Positions 10,630 through 22,996 of a stretch of DNA of 64,000 bases are shown in pieces; position 1 is the first letter of the stretch; each line of letters starts with the position of its first letter. The notes below the pieces were generated by a model. It was not told the origin of the DNA. It ran no database searches and saw only the letters and a program-made list of their open reading frames with translations. Made by a program: the position numbers and the translations under genes. The stretch is taken from NCBI GenBank assembly GCA_038087875.1, contig CM075988.1, positions 4,712,001 to 4,776,000 on the forward strand. The letters are read 5' to 3'. The stretch comes from Malacoraja senta (Eukaryota).

Positions 10630-12815
10630 ATTGCACAATTTAGCCAAAGGAGCACAGTGGTTAATGCTGGAGAAAAATCAGGCAGAGACCTAGAAACTGG
10701 AGAAGATCTGGAGATAATTTAACGCCCTGTAACATCATCACTGGGTGTCACACTGAGGTGCACCTCACTTAAAGAACTCAGACCATGTAAAAGACCATGG
10801 TGAGAATCTTTAAACTGAGGTTATGAACAAAGTGGAAGATCATGGGATTTCCCTTCGCATGAGTACATTCTAAAGGTACATCCCTTCATTCTAAGGCCGT
10901 GTCCTCTGGTTCTAGAACCTCCACTGGTGGAAACATCCTCTCCATGTCCAATCCACATACTGAACGCTGGAGGTCAGGATTAAACATGGGGCACTAGCTC
11001 TACCAGTAGCAACAGTGTCTGAACAAAGACCTGTGCAATCTCAGTAGGACCTCTCTGATATTGTGCTCCAACCCTTGCACAATAAGAAGAACAAACTACC
11101 TTATCTCAAAAATCTCCTTTGCACCTCTCAGGTAATGGATCAAAACTCACTCACTACTGCACCAGTGGCCTCAAAACACTCTATAAAATTGTAACAAAAC
11201 TAACGTATTTCTAAACTCCAACCCCTTTGCAATAAAGACCAATATTCCACTTCCTCACATAGCTACAGACTGCACTTGCAAACTCAGTCTGAAGAAGGGT
11301 CTCGACCCGAACCGTCACATATTCCTTCTCTGAGTTCTCTCCAGAGATGCTGCCTGATCCGCTGAACTGCTCCAGCTTGTTGTGTCTATCTTCGGTGGAA
11401 AGCAGCACCTGCAGTTCCTTCCAACACATTTTGCCTGCACTTGCAACTTCAATATCACAGGATCCTCACACCACAGAACTGTTCAGTCAAGGCATCTGAA
11501 GCCCGATATAATGGGAGCCGTGGGAGGACATTAAGTGATGGTGGGAATGCTCCTGGCCTTCCCAAGCTGGGATTTATTGCCCGCTGTGGTCAACAAGCAG
11601 TTGAAAAGTATGCTGAATACTGCACAATGAACAATTTAGCCAAAGGAAGACAGCAGTTAATGCTGGAGAAGAAACAGCAGAGACCCTGAAGCTGGAGAAG
11701 ATCTGGCGATAATTTAATGGCCTGCTACATCATCACTGAGGAGCACCTCACTTAAAGAACTCAGACCATATAAACACAGATCTAGTGAGAATCCTCAACC
11801 TGAGGTTATAAACAAAGTAGAAGTTGATGGGATTGCCCATAGCATTGTTATATTCTCATCCTTTTACTCCAAGGCTGTGTCACCTGGTTCTAGATGAAAG
11901 ATATGCTGAACACCGCACAATGCACAATTTAGCCAAAGGAAGACAGTGGTAAATGCTGGAGAAGAAACAGGCTGAGACCCTGAAGCTAGTGAAGATCTGA
12001 AGATAATTTAATGGCTTGCTACAGCAAATTAGCAATGTTTTACAGTGTCACAGATATTAAAGATTTAATTGAATAGTTCTAACAGTGGCTTGTGGAATCA
12101 GGTATAGTCTGAATAAGATTAGCTCCAAAAATTTTAAATTACCTAAAGTATTACAATGAACACTATGCATTTAATAAACTCCATATCAAAAATTAATAAA
12201 CCAGAACCCATGACAATAGTAAGTGTGTCACTTTGAGGAGCACCTCAGTTAGGGCGGCACGGTGACGCAGCGGTAGAGTTGCTGCCTTACAGAGCTTGCA
12301 GCTCCGGAGACCCGGGTTCGATCCCGACTACAGGTGCTGTCTGTACTGAGTTAGTACGTTCTCCCTGTGACCGCGCGGGTTTTCTCCAAGATATTTGGTT
12401 TCCTCCCAGGTTTGCAGGTTAATTGGCTTGGTGTAAATGTAAAATTATCCCTAGTGTGCGTAGGATAGTGTTAATGTGCGGGGATCTCCGGTCGGTGCGG
12501 ACGCGGTGGGCGGGCTTGATTCCACGCTGTATCTCTGAACTAAACTAAACTTAACTAACTCATTGACAAGACTCTTCTATCTATCATTCAAAAATGGGCT
12601 GGCAAGATGTGGAGAAGGAACTACATTGCCCTCTATTTCTTGTTCGCAAATGCTGGTTGACCGGTTGAGTATTTTCGAGGACTTCGGTGGGCCGAAGGGC
12701 CTGTTTCCAGGCTAAAACGAAACAAAAAACTCAGACCATGTAAAGACAGATTTGGTGAAAATCTTCAACTGAGGTTGTAAACAGTGGTGGAAGACCCTGG
12801 GATTCACCTCCGCAT
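10630..12815 (+). repeat. Diverged local repeat of a ~110-230 bp unit (copies ~10630-10860, 11620-11850, 11915-12022, partial 12225-12250 + 12727-12815)
   Basis: Recurrent GCACAATTTAGCCAAAGGA..AATGCTGGAGAA..GAAGATCTG..GATAATTTAA and AACTCAGACCAT..AACTGAGGTT. Confidence 0.75.
12251..12555 (+). mobile_element. tRNA-derived V-SINE (HE1-like)
   Basis: GGGCGGCACGGTG head, A box, B box GGTTCGATCCC, central GGTTTCCTCCCA domain, (ACTAA)n tail. Confidence 0.9.
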
Positions 12816-12874
12816 TGTTGCGTGGTGTGGGGGCTCTGACTCCCCTGTCACCATCACCTGGCAGGGGTGTCTGG

Positions 12875-13090
12875 TGGACCAAAGATAGATGCAAAAACCG
12901 GGGTAACTCGGCATCAGACACACAGCATCTCTGAGAGAAGGATAGGTGACGTTTCGGTCCAGACCCATCTTCAGACTGCTGAAACGGCTGTCCGATCTTT
13001 CTCCAGAGATGCTGTCTGACCCGCTGAGACTCCAGCTTTTTGTGTCTATCTTCGGTTTAAACCAGCATCTGCAGTTTCTTCCTGCACATT
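12875..13090. mobile_element. Palindromic Penelope-terminus-derived short element
   Basis: Two inverted arms (AGCATCTCTG..GTGACGTTTC..TTCAGACTG / CTCCAGAGATGCTG..TGTGTCTATC). Confidence 0.75.
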
Positions 13091-13239
13091 GTGTCTGATG
13101 GACTTTCTGGCTTCCCAATGTGCAAGGACTTCCTGCTGCATGTTCCCATCGGCCAGACATGGATGTCCCTTTGAGTGAAGTTTGGACCTATCTCCACTGC
13201 CTTGAGGTCAGTGTCGACAACATGATGAAGACCAGTGGT

Positions 13240-13525
13240 GTTTATGATGCTGTCACTGCGAGTGTGGTTCCACCAAGATGCAGCACAGAACACCACTGGA
13301 GATCCTTCTTCCCTGTGGCTATCAAACTATACAACTCCTCCCCCTTCTGTCGTGGGGTAGGACTGAGACTGACTCCCTCCCACCCCCCATCCCTCCCCAA
13401 TCTTTGCACTTCCCCAATGCTTTCCACTCGTCACTTTAATTTCATGTTTCATGTATTTTGTGCTTTATTATGAATGTTGGCAGATCAATTTGCCTCCTGG
13501 GATAAATATTCTATCGTATCGTATC
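13240..13525 (+). mobile_element. Rex1/Babar-type LINE 3' end
   Basis: PRCSTEHHWRSFFPVAIKLYN followed by a UTR and (ATCGT)n tail. Confidence 0.7.
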
Positions 13526-13559
13526 ATTAACACTACATTATAAAGTGCCAGAATAAGTG

Positions 13560-14192
13560 GGTGACACAGAGGCACAGCTGGTAGAGCAGCTGGCCTCACA
13601 ATTTCCATCTTGTCCATGTGTGCTGTCAGTGTGGAATTTGCCCCAGTTTGTTCTTCCTGTGACCACGTGGGTTTCCTCCGGGTGTACCGGTTTCCTCCCA
13701 CATCCCAAAGACGTGCAGGTTTGTAGGTTAATTGGCTCCTGTAAACCACCCCAAGCATGCTGGGAGTGGATGGCAAAGTGGGTTAACATAGAATGAGTGT
13801 GAATGTGATCCAATTGGTCGGCCTGCACTTGTTGGGCCGAAGGACCTATTTCCATGCTGTATCAATTCAATCCATATGTGGGAAATTAGAGCAGGCACGG
13901 TGGCATCGCAGTAGAGCTACTGCCTTACAACGGGTTCAATCTGACTATTGGTGCTTGTCATGTACGGAGTTTGTTACGTTCTCCCTTGACCTGCGTGGGT
14001 TTTCTCCGAGAGCTTCAGTTTCCTCCCACATTCCAAAGACATGCAGGTTTGTAAGTTAATTGGCTTGGTGTAAATGTATAAACGTAAATTGTCCCTAGTG
14101 TGTCTATAGGATAATGTTAATGTGTGGGAATCGCTGGTACAGAATCGGTGGGCCGAAGGGCCTGTTCTGCGCTGTATCTTTAACTAAACTAA
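13560..14192 (+). mobile_element. Two tandem V-SINE (HE1-like) copies
   Basis: V-domain and GGGCCGAAGG tail occur twice (~13560-13870 and ~13893-14192). Confidence 0.8.
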
Positions 14193-14454
14193 GAATTGAC
14201 CCAGTTCCAATGTATCATATACTTCTGGATACAAACCACCCTCAAGCCATTTCAAGTTGCATTTTAGCCACTCTGCTTTTCCTGCAGGAACATAATCAGA
14301 TGTTAAAATTTAAAACATCTATGATTTAGCATTCCAGAATTATCTGCAATGCAATGTTCAGGCTAAAGTGCTTTGCATGTAGAAAACTACTTTGCACCAG
14401 AAAAAGACAAATAATTAATAATTCCCTTTACGATGCTACAGATATTAAAGACTA

Positions 14455-14955
14455 TGTTCACCTGCACCTCCTCCAACCTCATCTGCTGCATCCGCTGTTC
14501 TAGATGTCAGCTGCTCTACATCGGTGAGACCAAGCGCAGGCTTGGCGATCGCTTCGCCCAACACCTCCGCTCAGTTCGCATTAACCAACCTGATCTCCCG
14601 GTGGCTCAGCACTCAACTCCCCCTCCAGTTCCGAATCCAACCTTTCTGTCCTGGGCCTCCTCCATGGCCAGAGTGAGTCCCACCGCAAATTGGAGGAGCA
14701 GCACCTCATATTTCGCTTGGGTAGTTTACACCCCAGCGGTCTGTACATTGACTTCTCCAATTTCAGGTAGTCCTTGCTTTCTCCCTCCTTCCCCTCCCCA
14801 GCTCTCACACAGCCCACTGACTCCGCCTTTTCCTTTCATCTTCCCACCCCTCACCCCACCCCCCACATCAGTCTGAAGATGGGTCTCGACCCAAACGTCA
14901 CCTATTCCTTCGCTCCATAGATGCTGCCTCACCAGTTCTCCAGCATTTTTGTCTC
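14455..14955 (+). mobile_element. Penelope 3' fragment (GIY-YIG + pLTR)
   Basis: FTCTSSNLICCIRCSRCQLLYIGETKRRLGDRFAQHL; closely similar to ~945-1430. Confidence 0.9.
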
Positions 14956-15209
14956 TTAAAAAATCTCTTAAATAGTTTAAACAATAGCTTGAGGAATCAG
15001 ATATATCTGAATATTATCTCCAAATTTACCTAAAGTATTACAATCAATTTAATGATAGTCTTCATATCAAAAATTAATAAACCAGAACACAAGAAAATAG
15101 AAATGTAGCAGCATTTGCTCTTCACCTATATTTCAGGTCTTATTGTGATTTAATAGATCTAAATTCAAGCCTTTTTGAACAAACCTTCTTGGTTGTTCCA
15201 CAGCGCCTC

Positions 15210-15439
15210 TCAGTATCCCTTTCTCTCAGTTAATTTGTTCTTTGCTGCACTGATCTTAATACTTCGACCAGCACAACTAAATCCAATCACTTCACCATCT
15301 TTTCTTTGAAGTGTCAGCACCAATTTAATGTTGAAATCATCTGACTCAGATGCAAAGAACGCAGCCCTCAAGGAACCATGACTGATTCCCCGTGACTTCC
15401 TCTGGGGAGAGATCTGAATCACACAAAGGCTGGTAGAAC
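15210..15439 (-). other. Candidate coding exon or pseudo-exon of an unidentified host gene
   Basis: Non-repetitive; TTCCAG acceptor, then 75 open codons (STSLCVIQISPQ...IKLVLTLQRKDGEVIGFSCAGRSIKISAAKNKLTERKGY*). No partner exons established. Confidence 0.3.
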
Positions 15440-15459
15440 CTGGAACACTCAACCAAAGC

Positions 15460-15787
15460 AGCACGGTGGCACAGCAGTAGAGTTGCTGCCTTACAGCATC
15501 AGAGATCCGGGTTCGATCCTGACTACGGGTGCTTGTCTGTACGGAGTTTGTACGTTCTCCCCATGACCTGCGTGGGTTTTCTCAGAGATCTTCTGTTTCC
15601 TCCCACTCTCCAAAGACGATCATTTTTGTAGGTTAATTGTATTGCTATAAGTGCATAAATGTGCATAAATGTGAATTGTCCCTATCGTGTAGGATAGGGT
15701 TAATGTGCGGGGATTACTGGTCGGTGCAGACTCAGTGGGCCGAAGTGCCTGTTTCCGCTCTGTATCTCTAAACTAAACTTAACTAAA
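15460..15787 (+). mobile_element. V-SINE (HE1-like)
   Basis: A/B boxes, V-domain, (ACTAA)n tail. Confidence 0.88.
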
Positions 15788-15914
15788 GCTCTCTGGTTAC
15801 TGTGGCACATTGAGAACGACCAAGACAGCAATTGATAGATATTAATGAAAGTTAAACCTTGTTGACAGTGGCGCAGCTGGTAGAGCTGATCTGTCACAGT
15901 GCCAGAGACTCAGT

Positions 15915-17155
15915 TACAATGATCCATGGTTCTTTATTAAGGGAACTCAAGGTAAAGGAACCACTGGGAGGTAGCGACTACAACATGATACATTTTAATC
16001 TGCAATTTGAGAGGGAGAAGGTGAAATCAGAAGTGTCAGTGTTACAACTGGGCAAAGGGGACTATGGAGGCATGCGGGAAGAGCAGGCCATAGTTGACTG
16101 GAAGGGACCCTAGCAGGGATGATGGTGGAACAGCAATGGCAGGAATTTTTGGAATAATCCAGAAGATGCAGGATTTTTTATTTCAAAGAGGAAGAAAGAT
16201 TTTTAGGGTGAGAAAAGGCAAGCGTGGCTGACAAAGGAAGTCAAGGACAGTATAAACTAAAAGAGGAGTACAACAAAGCCAAAGATTAGTGGGAAACCAA
16301 AGGAATGGGAAGATTTTAAAGAACAACAGAAGGTAACTAAAAAGGCAATACGAGGAGAATAAATATAAAAGAGGATAGCAAGAGTTTCTTCAGTTTATAT
16401 AAAGAGTTAAGAAGAGGCAAGAAATGGATGTTGGAACGCTGGAGAATGATGCAGGAGAAGTGATAATGGGGAAAGAAAGGAAATGGCAGAGAGTTGAATA
16501 ACTTTTAGCATCAGTCTTCACAGTGGAAGGCCCCAACAACGTGCCTGAAATTCAAGAGAGTCAGGGGTGGAAGTTAGTGGAGTGGCTATTGCCAGGGAGA
16601 AGGTGCTTGGGAAGCTGAAAGGGCTGAAGGTGGATAAATCACCTGGACCCAGATGGACTGTACCCCAGTGTTTCTGAAAGGGTGGCGTTTGAGACTGTGG
16701 AGGCATTGACACTGATATTTCAGGAATCACTAGAGTCAGGAGTGGTCCCAGATGATTGGAAAATTGCTAATATTACCCCGCTGCACAAAAAGCGAGCAAG
16801 GAAGAATAGTGGGAACTATGGGCCAGTTATTTTGACTTTGGTGGTTGGTAAAATGTTAGTCCATTATAAGGATGAGGTTACGGAGTACTTAGAAGTTTAT
16901 GATAAAGTAGGCCAAAGTCAGCATAACTTTGTGAAGTGAGGTCTTGACTGATAAATTTGCTGGAATTTATTGAAGAAGTAAATTGCAGGACAGACAAAGG
17001 TGAGTCAGTAGATGTTGTATACCTAGACTTTCGAAGCTTTGGATAAGGTGTCACACATAGGGCTGCTAAGGAAGATGAGAGCCTACGGTATCAAAGGGTA
17101 GATATTGCTGGATATCAGGTTGGCTGGGTGGCAGAAAACAAAGAGTGGCAATAAA
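15915..17155 (+). mobile_element. Degenerate CR1 LINE ORF2 (EN end to RT start), interrupted by L1 and resuming at ~19508-19950
   Basis: EPLGGSDYNMI, KSPGPDG, VPDDWKIANITPL, SQHNFVK and VDVVYLDF motifs, with stops and frameshifts. Confidence 0.88.
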
Positions 17156-17160
17156 GTAGA

Positions 17161-19504
17161 ATGGAATTATATGGACAAAGTATTACAAAATTTCAACTGG
17201 GGGAGAATTTTATTCTATGGATCAAGTTACTATATAACAAACCTACAGCTAGAATACTAACTAATAACATATTATCCTCAAAATTCCCAACTATCAAGGG
17301 GAAATAGACAAGGATGCTCATTATCACCACAGCTGTTTGCTCTCATTATTGAACCGCTAGCAGAAAAAATTAGAATACACCCCTGATATCCATGGATATA
17401 ATACTAAAGATTCCATATATAAAATATCTTTATACGCGGATGATATATTACTGTACATTACAAAACCTCAAATCACTATACCAAAATATATTAAATTTAA
17501 TTGAAGATTTTGGATCTTTTTCTGGATATAGAATAAATTGGAATAAAAGTGAAATTATGTCAATAAAACCGAAAGATTCAACACATCTTTTTAAAATTCC
17601 CTTTTAAAATAGCTACAGAAAAAATTTAAATATTTGGAATCGAAAATTACCAGATCATATCAAGGTATGTTTAGGGCAAATTTTGACCCCTTACTTAATA
17701 AATTAATACACTAATTAAAATTCTGGAAAACGCTCCCGATTTCTTAAATAGGCCGAATAAACGCAATAAAAATGATCTTTTTACCACAAATTTTATACCT
17801 ATTTCAATCAATTCCTATATACTTACCAAAGAAGTTTTTTAAAACTCGACTCAGATATCACTAATTTTATATGGACTATAAATCACATAGAATACAAAAA
17901 TCTCATCTGAATAAACCTAAAGTATTAGGGGGTTTAGCACTACCTAATTTTATGTATTATTATTGGTCAGTAAATATTAAAAGTATGATTCAACTGATGG
18001 ATAACTCCACCCAGCAAGCGGACTGGATAATGGAGAAAGAGGATTGCTCCTCTAGAAACATTGGAGCGATCCTCCTCTCTCCAATGAAATTGAATAACAT
18101 AAATTATAATAAGAACCCAATTATTCATAGTACAATCTGAATTTGGAAACAAATAAAACAAAATTTAAAATTAAGAAATTTATCACTTTTATTACCTATA
18201 GTCAATAACCCTTCGTTTAATCCTTCTATTATAGATAAAGCTTATACACAATGGGATAGATTAGGAATTAAAACGCTTGGTGACTTGTATGAAACTGGAA
18301 AATTACTTTCATTTCAACAATTACAAATAAAATATAAACTCGGAAATAATCAATATTTTAAATATTTTCAAATATGCGACTATTTGAAAAAATATACAAA
18401 AGATCATCATAATAACCCAGCAGATGTACTGGATGAGGCAATGCAGATAAAAGCGGAATCAGCAAACTTAATATCATATTTGTATAATATTATCTTAAAT
18501 GCACAAATACCATCTACAGAGGGTATCAGAAGAGACTGGGAACAAGAGTTAGCTATTAAAATTTCAAAGGAAAGTTGGAATGAATACTTATTAAACGTGC
18601 ATAAATGCTCGATTAATGTAAGACACACTTTAATACAATTTAAAATTTTACATAGATTATATTATTCGAAAACTAAAATTCATAAAATTTTCCCAAATGT
18701 ATTATCTATTTGTGATAAATGTCAATCCCAAGAAGCTACCATAACGCACTCATTCGTTTCTTGTACAAAAATTCAAAAATTTTGGAATGAAATTTTTGAA
18801 ATCTTTACAAAGTTATTTAAAACAAGACTGATACCCAAAGCAGAATGGATTATCTTCGGTATAACGGAAGATGGTCCAGAACTAAATGTGTTTCAAAAGA
18901 AACTAATGGACTATGGGTTAATAACTGGAAAAAAGCTAATTCTAAAATTTTGGAAGAAGGCTCCAATACCAACTATAAATATGTGGATTTCAAATATGTT
19001 TGAAACATTACACCTAGAAGAGATAAGACTCCTCCTAGCAGGTAAACCAGATCACTTCCACCTGACGTGGTCTGCAATTTATAGAATTATTACAAACATA
19101 GGGTGCAAAAGTACTTTAAAAAAAAAAAATTGAGGTCAGGTAAGGGGGGGATGATAGTTGAAGAGTTGGTATGTCCTATTTACGTGATGCTCATAAAAAT
19201 ATTTGTTTCTCTCTTTTTCCTCTTTCTCTCTTTCTTTCTTTCCTAGGGTCTATTTCTTAACTCTTTTTCTTTTGTTTTTAATTTTGCTCTTATAGGGTCT
19301 TCGTCCTTTTTTGTTGTCACATTTCCTACACTTTCACTTTTTCCTTCACTTTCTTCTTTCTTTCAATCTTTTCCTTTTCTAGTGTAAAAAATAAATGGAG
19401 TACATTAATTGTAAGAAGATATAAATGACAAGTACTAATGTATGTGGTTGTAATGTAATGTACTTCTAATAAAATACAAATTAAAAAAAAAAAAAAAAAA
19501 AAAA
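17161..19504 (+). mobile_element. L1 LINE copy 2, 5'-truncated, same subfamily as 2568-5834
   Basis: Colinear with ~3463-5835; ORFs 17871 and 18285 are near-identical to ORF2 segments; poly(A) tail; 8-bp TSD AAAGTAGA (17153-17160 / 19505-19512). Confidence 0.95.
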
Positions 19505-20054
19505 AAAGTAGAGGGGCAGGTAGTGTAGATAAATCACTGGTTCTCCAGAAGGACTTGAACAGGTTGGGAGACTGGGCAGAGAAGTAGCAGATGGAATATA
19601 GTGCAGCAAATTGTGGAGTCATGCATTTTGGTAATAGGAATAAAGGCAATAAATCAATAAAAGGCAATAAAGCCAATGGTAATAGGAATAATAAGAATAA
19701 ATCACTTTTGGGGAGAGAATCCAGAAATTAGAAGGTGTAAAGGGAATTGGGAGTGCTGGGGCAGGATTCCCAAAAAGTTAATCTGCAAGTCGAATTGGTG
19801 GTAAAGAAAACAAACTCAATGCTTGCATTTATTTCAAGAGGGCTTGTATACAAAAACAGGGATGGAATGTTGAGGCTCTGTAAGGCCACATTTGGAATAT
19901 TGAGAGCAAATTTGGCACCATATCTGAGGAAGTATGTGCTGGCTCTGGTGTCAGCGGGACAGGCCGCATCCCTGGATAGAAGGAATGGGAGAGAAAGCAA
20001 ACTCAATGCTAGCATTTATTTCAAGAGGGCTTGTATACAAAAAACAGGAATGTA

Positions 20055-20265
20055 AATAGTGGAGACTTTGAAGCAGGCAGGGACAGTACAGGTTTGCAGG
20101 GACTGGTTGAAAATGTCTGTGTAGACTGGTGCCAGTTGTTCAGCACATAGCTTGAGAGTAGAGGGGGAAACATTGTCCAGTCCTCGAGATTTACGGCTTT
20201 TCTGACTTCTGAACAGCCACTCCAACTCCTCTATTTTTATTGTTGATGATGGAGAAGTGATGTTG
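20055..20265 (-). mobile_element. Rex1/Babar-type RT N-terminal fragment
   Basis: KSRGLDNVSPSTLKLCAEQLAPVYTDIFNQSLQTCTVPACFKVSTI. Confidence 0.8.
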
Positions 20266-20399
20266 TGGAGGCAGATACGATAGTGTTGCTTAATAGCTTG
20301 TAGATAGGTTCATTGAAGTACAGGGATTAGAGGGATATGGATCATGTACAGGCAGTAACTTGGCACCATGCTGGGCACAAACATTGTGAAATGAAGGGG

Positions 20400-20825
20400 C
20401 CCTTCCATTGACTCCATTTACACCTCACGCTGCCTCGGCAAGGCCACCAATATAATCAAGGACGAGTTGAACCCTGGCAACTCCCTCTTCTCCCCTCTCC
20501 CACCGGGCAAAAGCTGTAGAAGTGTGAAAACGCACACTTCCAGATTCAGGGACAGTTTCTTCCCAGCTGTTATCAGGCAACTGAACCCATCCTCTGAACA
20601 GCCAGAGAGCTACTATCTACCTCATTGGAGACCCTTGGACTTTCTTTGATTGGACTTTACTGGACTTTATTTTGCACAAAATATTATTCTCTTTATTCCC
20701 TTTATCATGTATCTGTACCCTGTGGATGGCTCGGTTTGTTGTCATGTATTGTCTCTCTGCTGACAAGTTAGCACACAACAAAAACTTTTCACTGTACCTC
20801 GGTACATGTGACAATAAGCCAAACT
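20400..20825 (+). mobile_element. Rex1/Babar-type LINE 3' end
   Basis: SLFSPLPPGK..RSVKTHTSRFRDSFFPAVIRQLN plus a 3' UTR ending GTGACAATAA. Confidence 0.8.
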
Positions 20826-21244
20826 AATTGGGGTTGTATGCAGGTTTTAATGAAAAACCGAACAATATGCAAGCCATTGACTGACCACAAATGTTGAGTA
20901 AAAAACTCTTTGGCTCTTTTAATTGGAAATGCATGGCCAGTATTTACAGAGATCTCCAATCTTCTAGGTGAAGCTAGTTGAAGAGCGGAGCTAAAAGAAA
21001 ATTGCCCTCACATTAATCACCGTACATTTTGTAACAGCTAGTTAAAATATTTGCATTTACATGGTGCTTTTTGAAACATTTTCAGAGTATACTTTGCAGA
21101 CAATGATGTTTCAAGTGTGTTTTGTAGGATAGTTTCCTCAATAGCAATCTGCTTCTCATTGTTAGAGACAGGAATACATATTGCTCAGGACATCAGGAAA
21201 GCCCTCCTGTCTGGTCCCTTAAAATAGACCCACTAGACCTTTGA

Positions 21245-21865
21245 AGGCAGCACAGTGCTGCAACTAGTTGAGTTGATGCTTCACAGTGCCCAGAGACCCG
21301 GGTTCAATCCTTACCTCGGGTGCTTTGTGCAGAGCTTGCACATTCACCCTGAGACCAGATTCCTCCCACATCCAAAATACATGCAGGCTGGTAGGTTAAT
21401 TGGCCCTCTGAAAATTACCCCTGAAATGCAGGGAATGGATGTACAAATGGGATTACAAAGAACTTAGTTTAGTTTAGTTTGGAGATACAGCGCGGAAACA
21501 GGCCCCTCAGCCCACCGAGTCCGCACCAGCCCACATATTAACACTATCCAACACACACTAAGGACAGTTTACATTTATACCAAGCTAATTAACATACAAA
21601 CCTGTACGTTTTGGAGTGTGGAAGGAAACCAAAGATCTTGGAGAGTTAACCCACGTGGTCATGGGAAGAACGTGAAGACAGACAGACAGAACTGTGGTCG
21701 GGATCGAACTCGGGTCTCTGATGCTGAAAGCGCTGAGAGGCAGCAACGCCACTGCTGCGCCACCGTGCCGCCACTGCAACTAGTGCAAACAAGTGATCGA
21801 TGGTCATCATGGACTCAGTGGACTGAAGGGCGTCTTTCCACACTGTGTCTTTCAATCCATTCAAT
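21245..21865. mobile_element. Nested V-SINEs: minus-strand copy ~21465-21775 inside a plus-strand copy
   Basis: The plus copy breaks at ..CAAAGAACT and resumes at ACTAGTGCAAAC..GATCGATGGTC. Confidence 0.75.
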
Positions 21866-21919
21866 CAATCAATCTTTACAACCATCCTTAGCTGATAGTC
21901 TCGTCCAGGGACGCTATGA

Positions 21920-22118
21920 CATAAAATGCTCAGCGGGTCAGACAGCACCTCTGGAGAAAAGGAATAGGTGACGTTTCAGGCGGAGATCCTTCTTCAGGCT
22001 CGACCTGTAACGTCACCTATTCATTTTCTCCCGAGATGCTATCTGACACGCTGAGTTACTCCAGCATTTTGTGTCTATCTTCGGTTTAAACCAACAATCT
22101 GCAGTTCCTTCCTACACA
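21920..22118. mobile_element. Palindromic Penelope-terminus-derived short element
   Basis: GGTGACGTTTCAGG ... CCTGTAACGTCACC with inverted flanking arms. Confidence 0.8.
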
Positions 22119-22392
22119 CTATGATACATACTCTATTCTGCACGGCAGCGTCACCCTGAAGCCATATGTTCAGCTCATTCAGATGGGGCCTGAATCATAA
22201 AGCACTAACAACCAGTGAGGCACAAGTAACAAGACACATCCCAGTACTGGATGCATTCTTCCAGTGTATGGTAAATCACAGGGAACGTGAGTACAATTGT
22301 GTCATTGCAGTTCATTGTGCCTGTTCATTTCCTAATCTTTCCCTCGACCAAAGGCAGCATCCTGCTTCCTACATGGAAACCCAACCCATTCC

Positions 22393-22787
22393 CTGGCGTA
22401 TTTTTCAACATGTTGAAAAATGCCCGCGAGTACAAAAATGTCGCCATGGAAACAAATCGCTCCTTTTTTTACTCGTAGGTTTAGTCGTAGTAGGTCGTAG
22501 TAGGTCGGCATGTTAGTCGTAGGTAATCGAGGGTAGTCGAAAGTAGTCAAAGGTAGTCGTAGATAGTCTTCATCATAGTCGAAGGGAGGTCGAAGGAGAT
22601 CGAAGGAGGTCGTCTTCACTCTTCACTATTCGGTGTCCAATTTTCCCGAAGTTAGTCGTAGCTAGTCGAAGCTAGTCGTCAACATAGTCGAAGGAGGTCA
22701 AAGGAGGTCTTCAACATGACATTTTTTCAAACTCTCCTAAACTCTTCTAAACTTGCCAATTAGGTCGCCCAAGTGGGACAGCCCCTT
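22393..22787. mobile_element. Partial PIF/Harbinger-type MITE
   Basis: TCGTAG-rich interior and one terminus (AAGTGGGACAGCCCCT); same family as 54021-55073. Confidence 0.75.
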
Positions 22788-22996
22788 TACACACCAAGCA
22801 GTCTATCAATGGCTGCGCCTACACAGTGAATGGCATGGCTCGGGACAGTGTTGTAGAGCAGAGGGATCCAGGAATGCAGATTCCTTGAAAGTGGCATAAC
22901 AGGTGGACAGGGTGGTCAAGACGGCTTTCAGCACATTGTCCTTCATTGGTCAGAATATTGAGTACAGTAAACACAAAATGCTGGAGTAACTCAAAG

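Noticed and set aside
12251..12335. tRNA genes at SINE heads
   Set aside because: A/B boxes run directly into SINE bodies and there is no intact cloverleaf; these are tRNA-derived SINEs.
22140..22370. Possible minus-strand exon (TMNCNDTIVLTFPVIYHTLEECIQYWDVSC)
   Set aside because: The acceptor lacks a pyrimidine tract, and the better upstream acceptor gives an in-frame stop.
22480..22710. Short periodic TCGTAG/GTCGAAGG repeats as a CRISPR-like array
   Set aside because: No constant repeat with unique spacers; interior of a Harbinger MITE in eukaryotic DNA.
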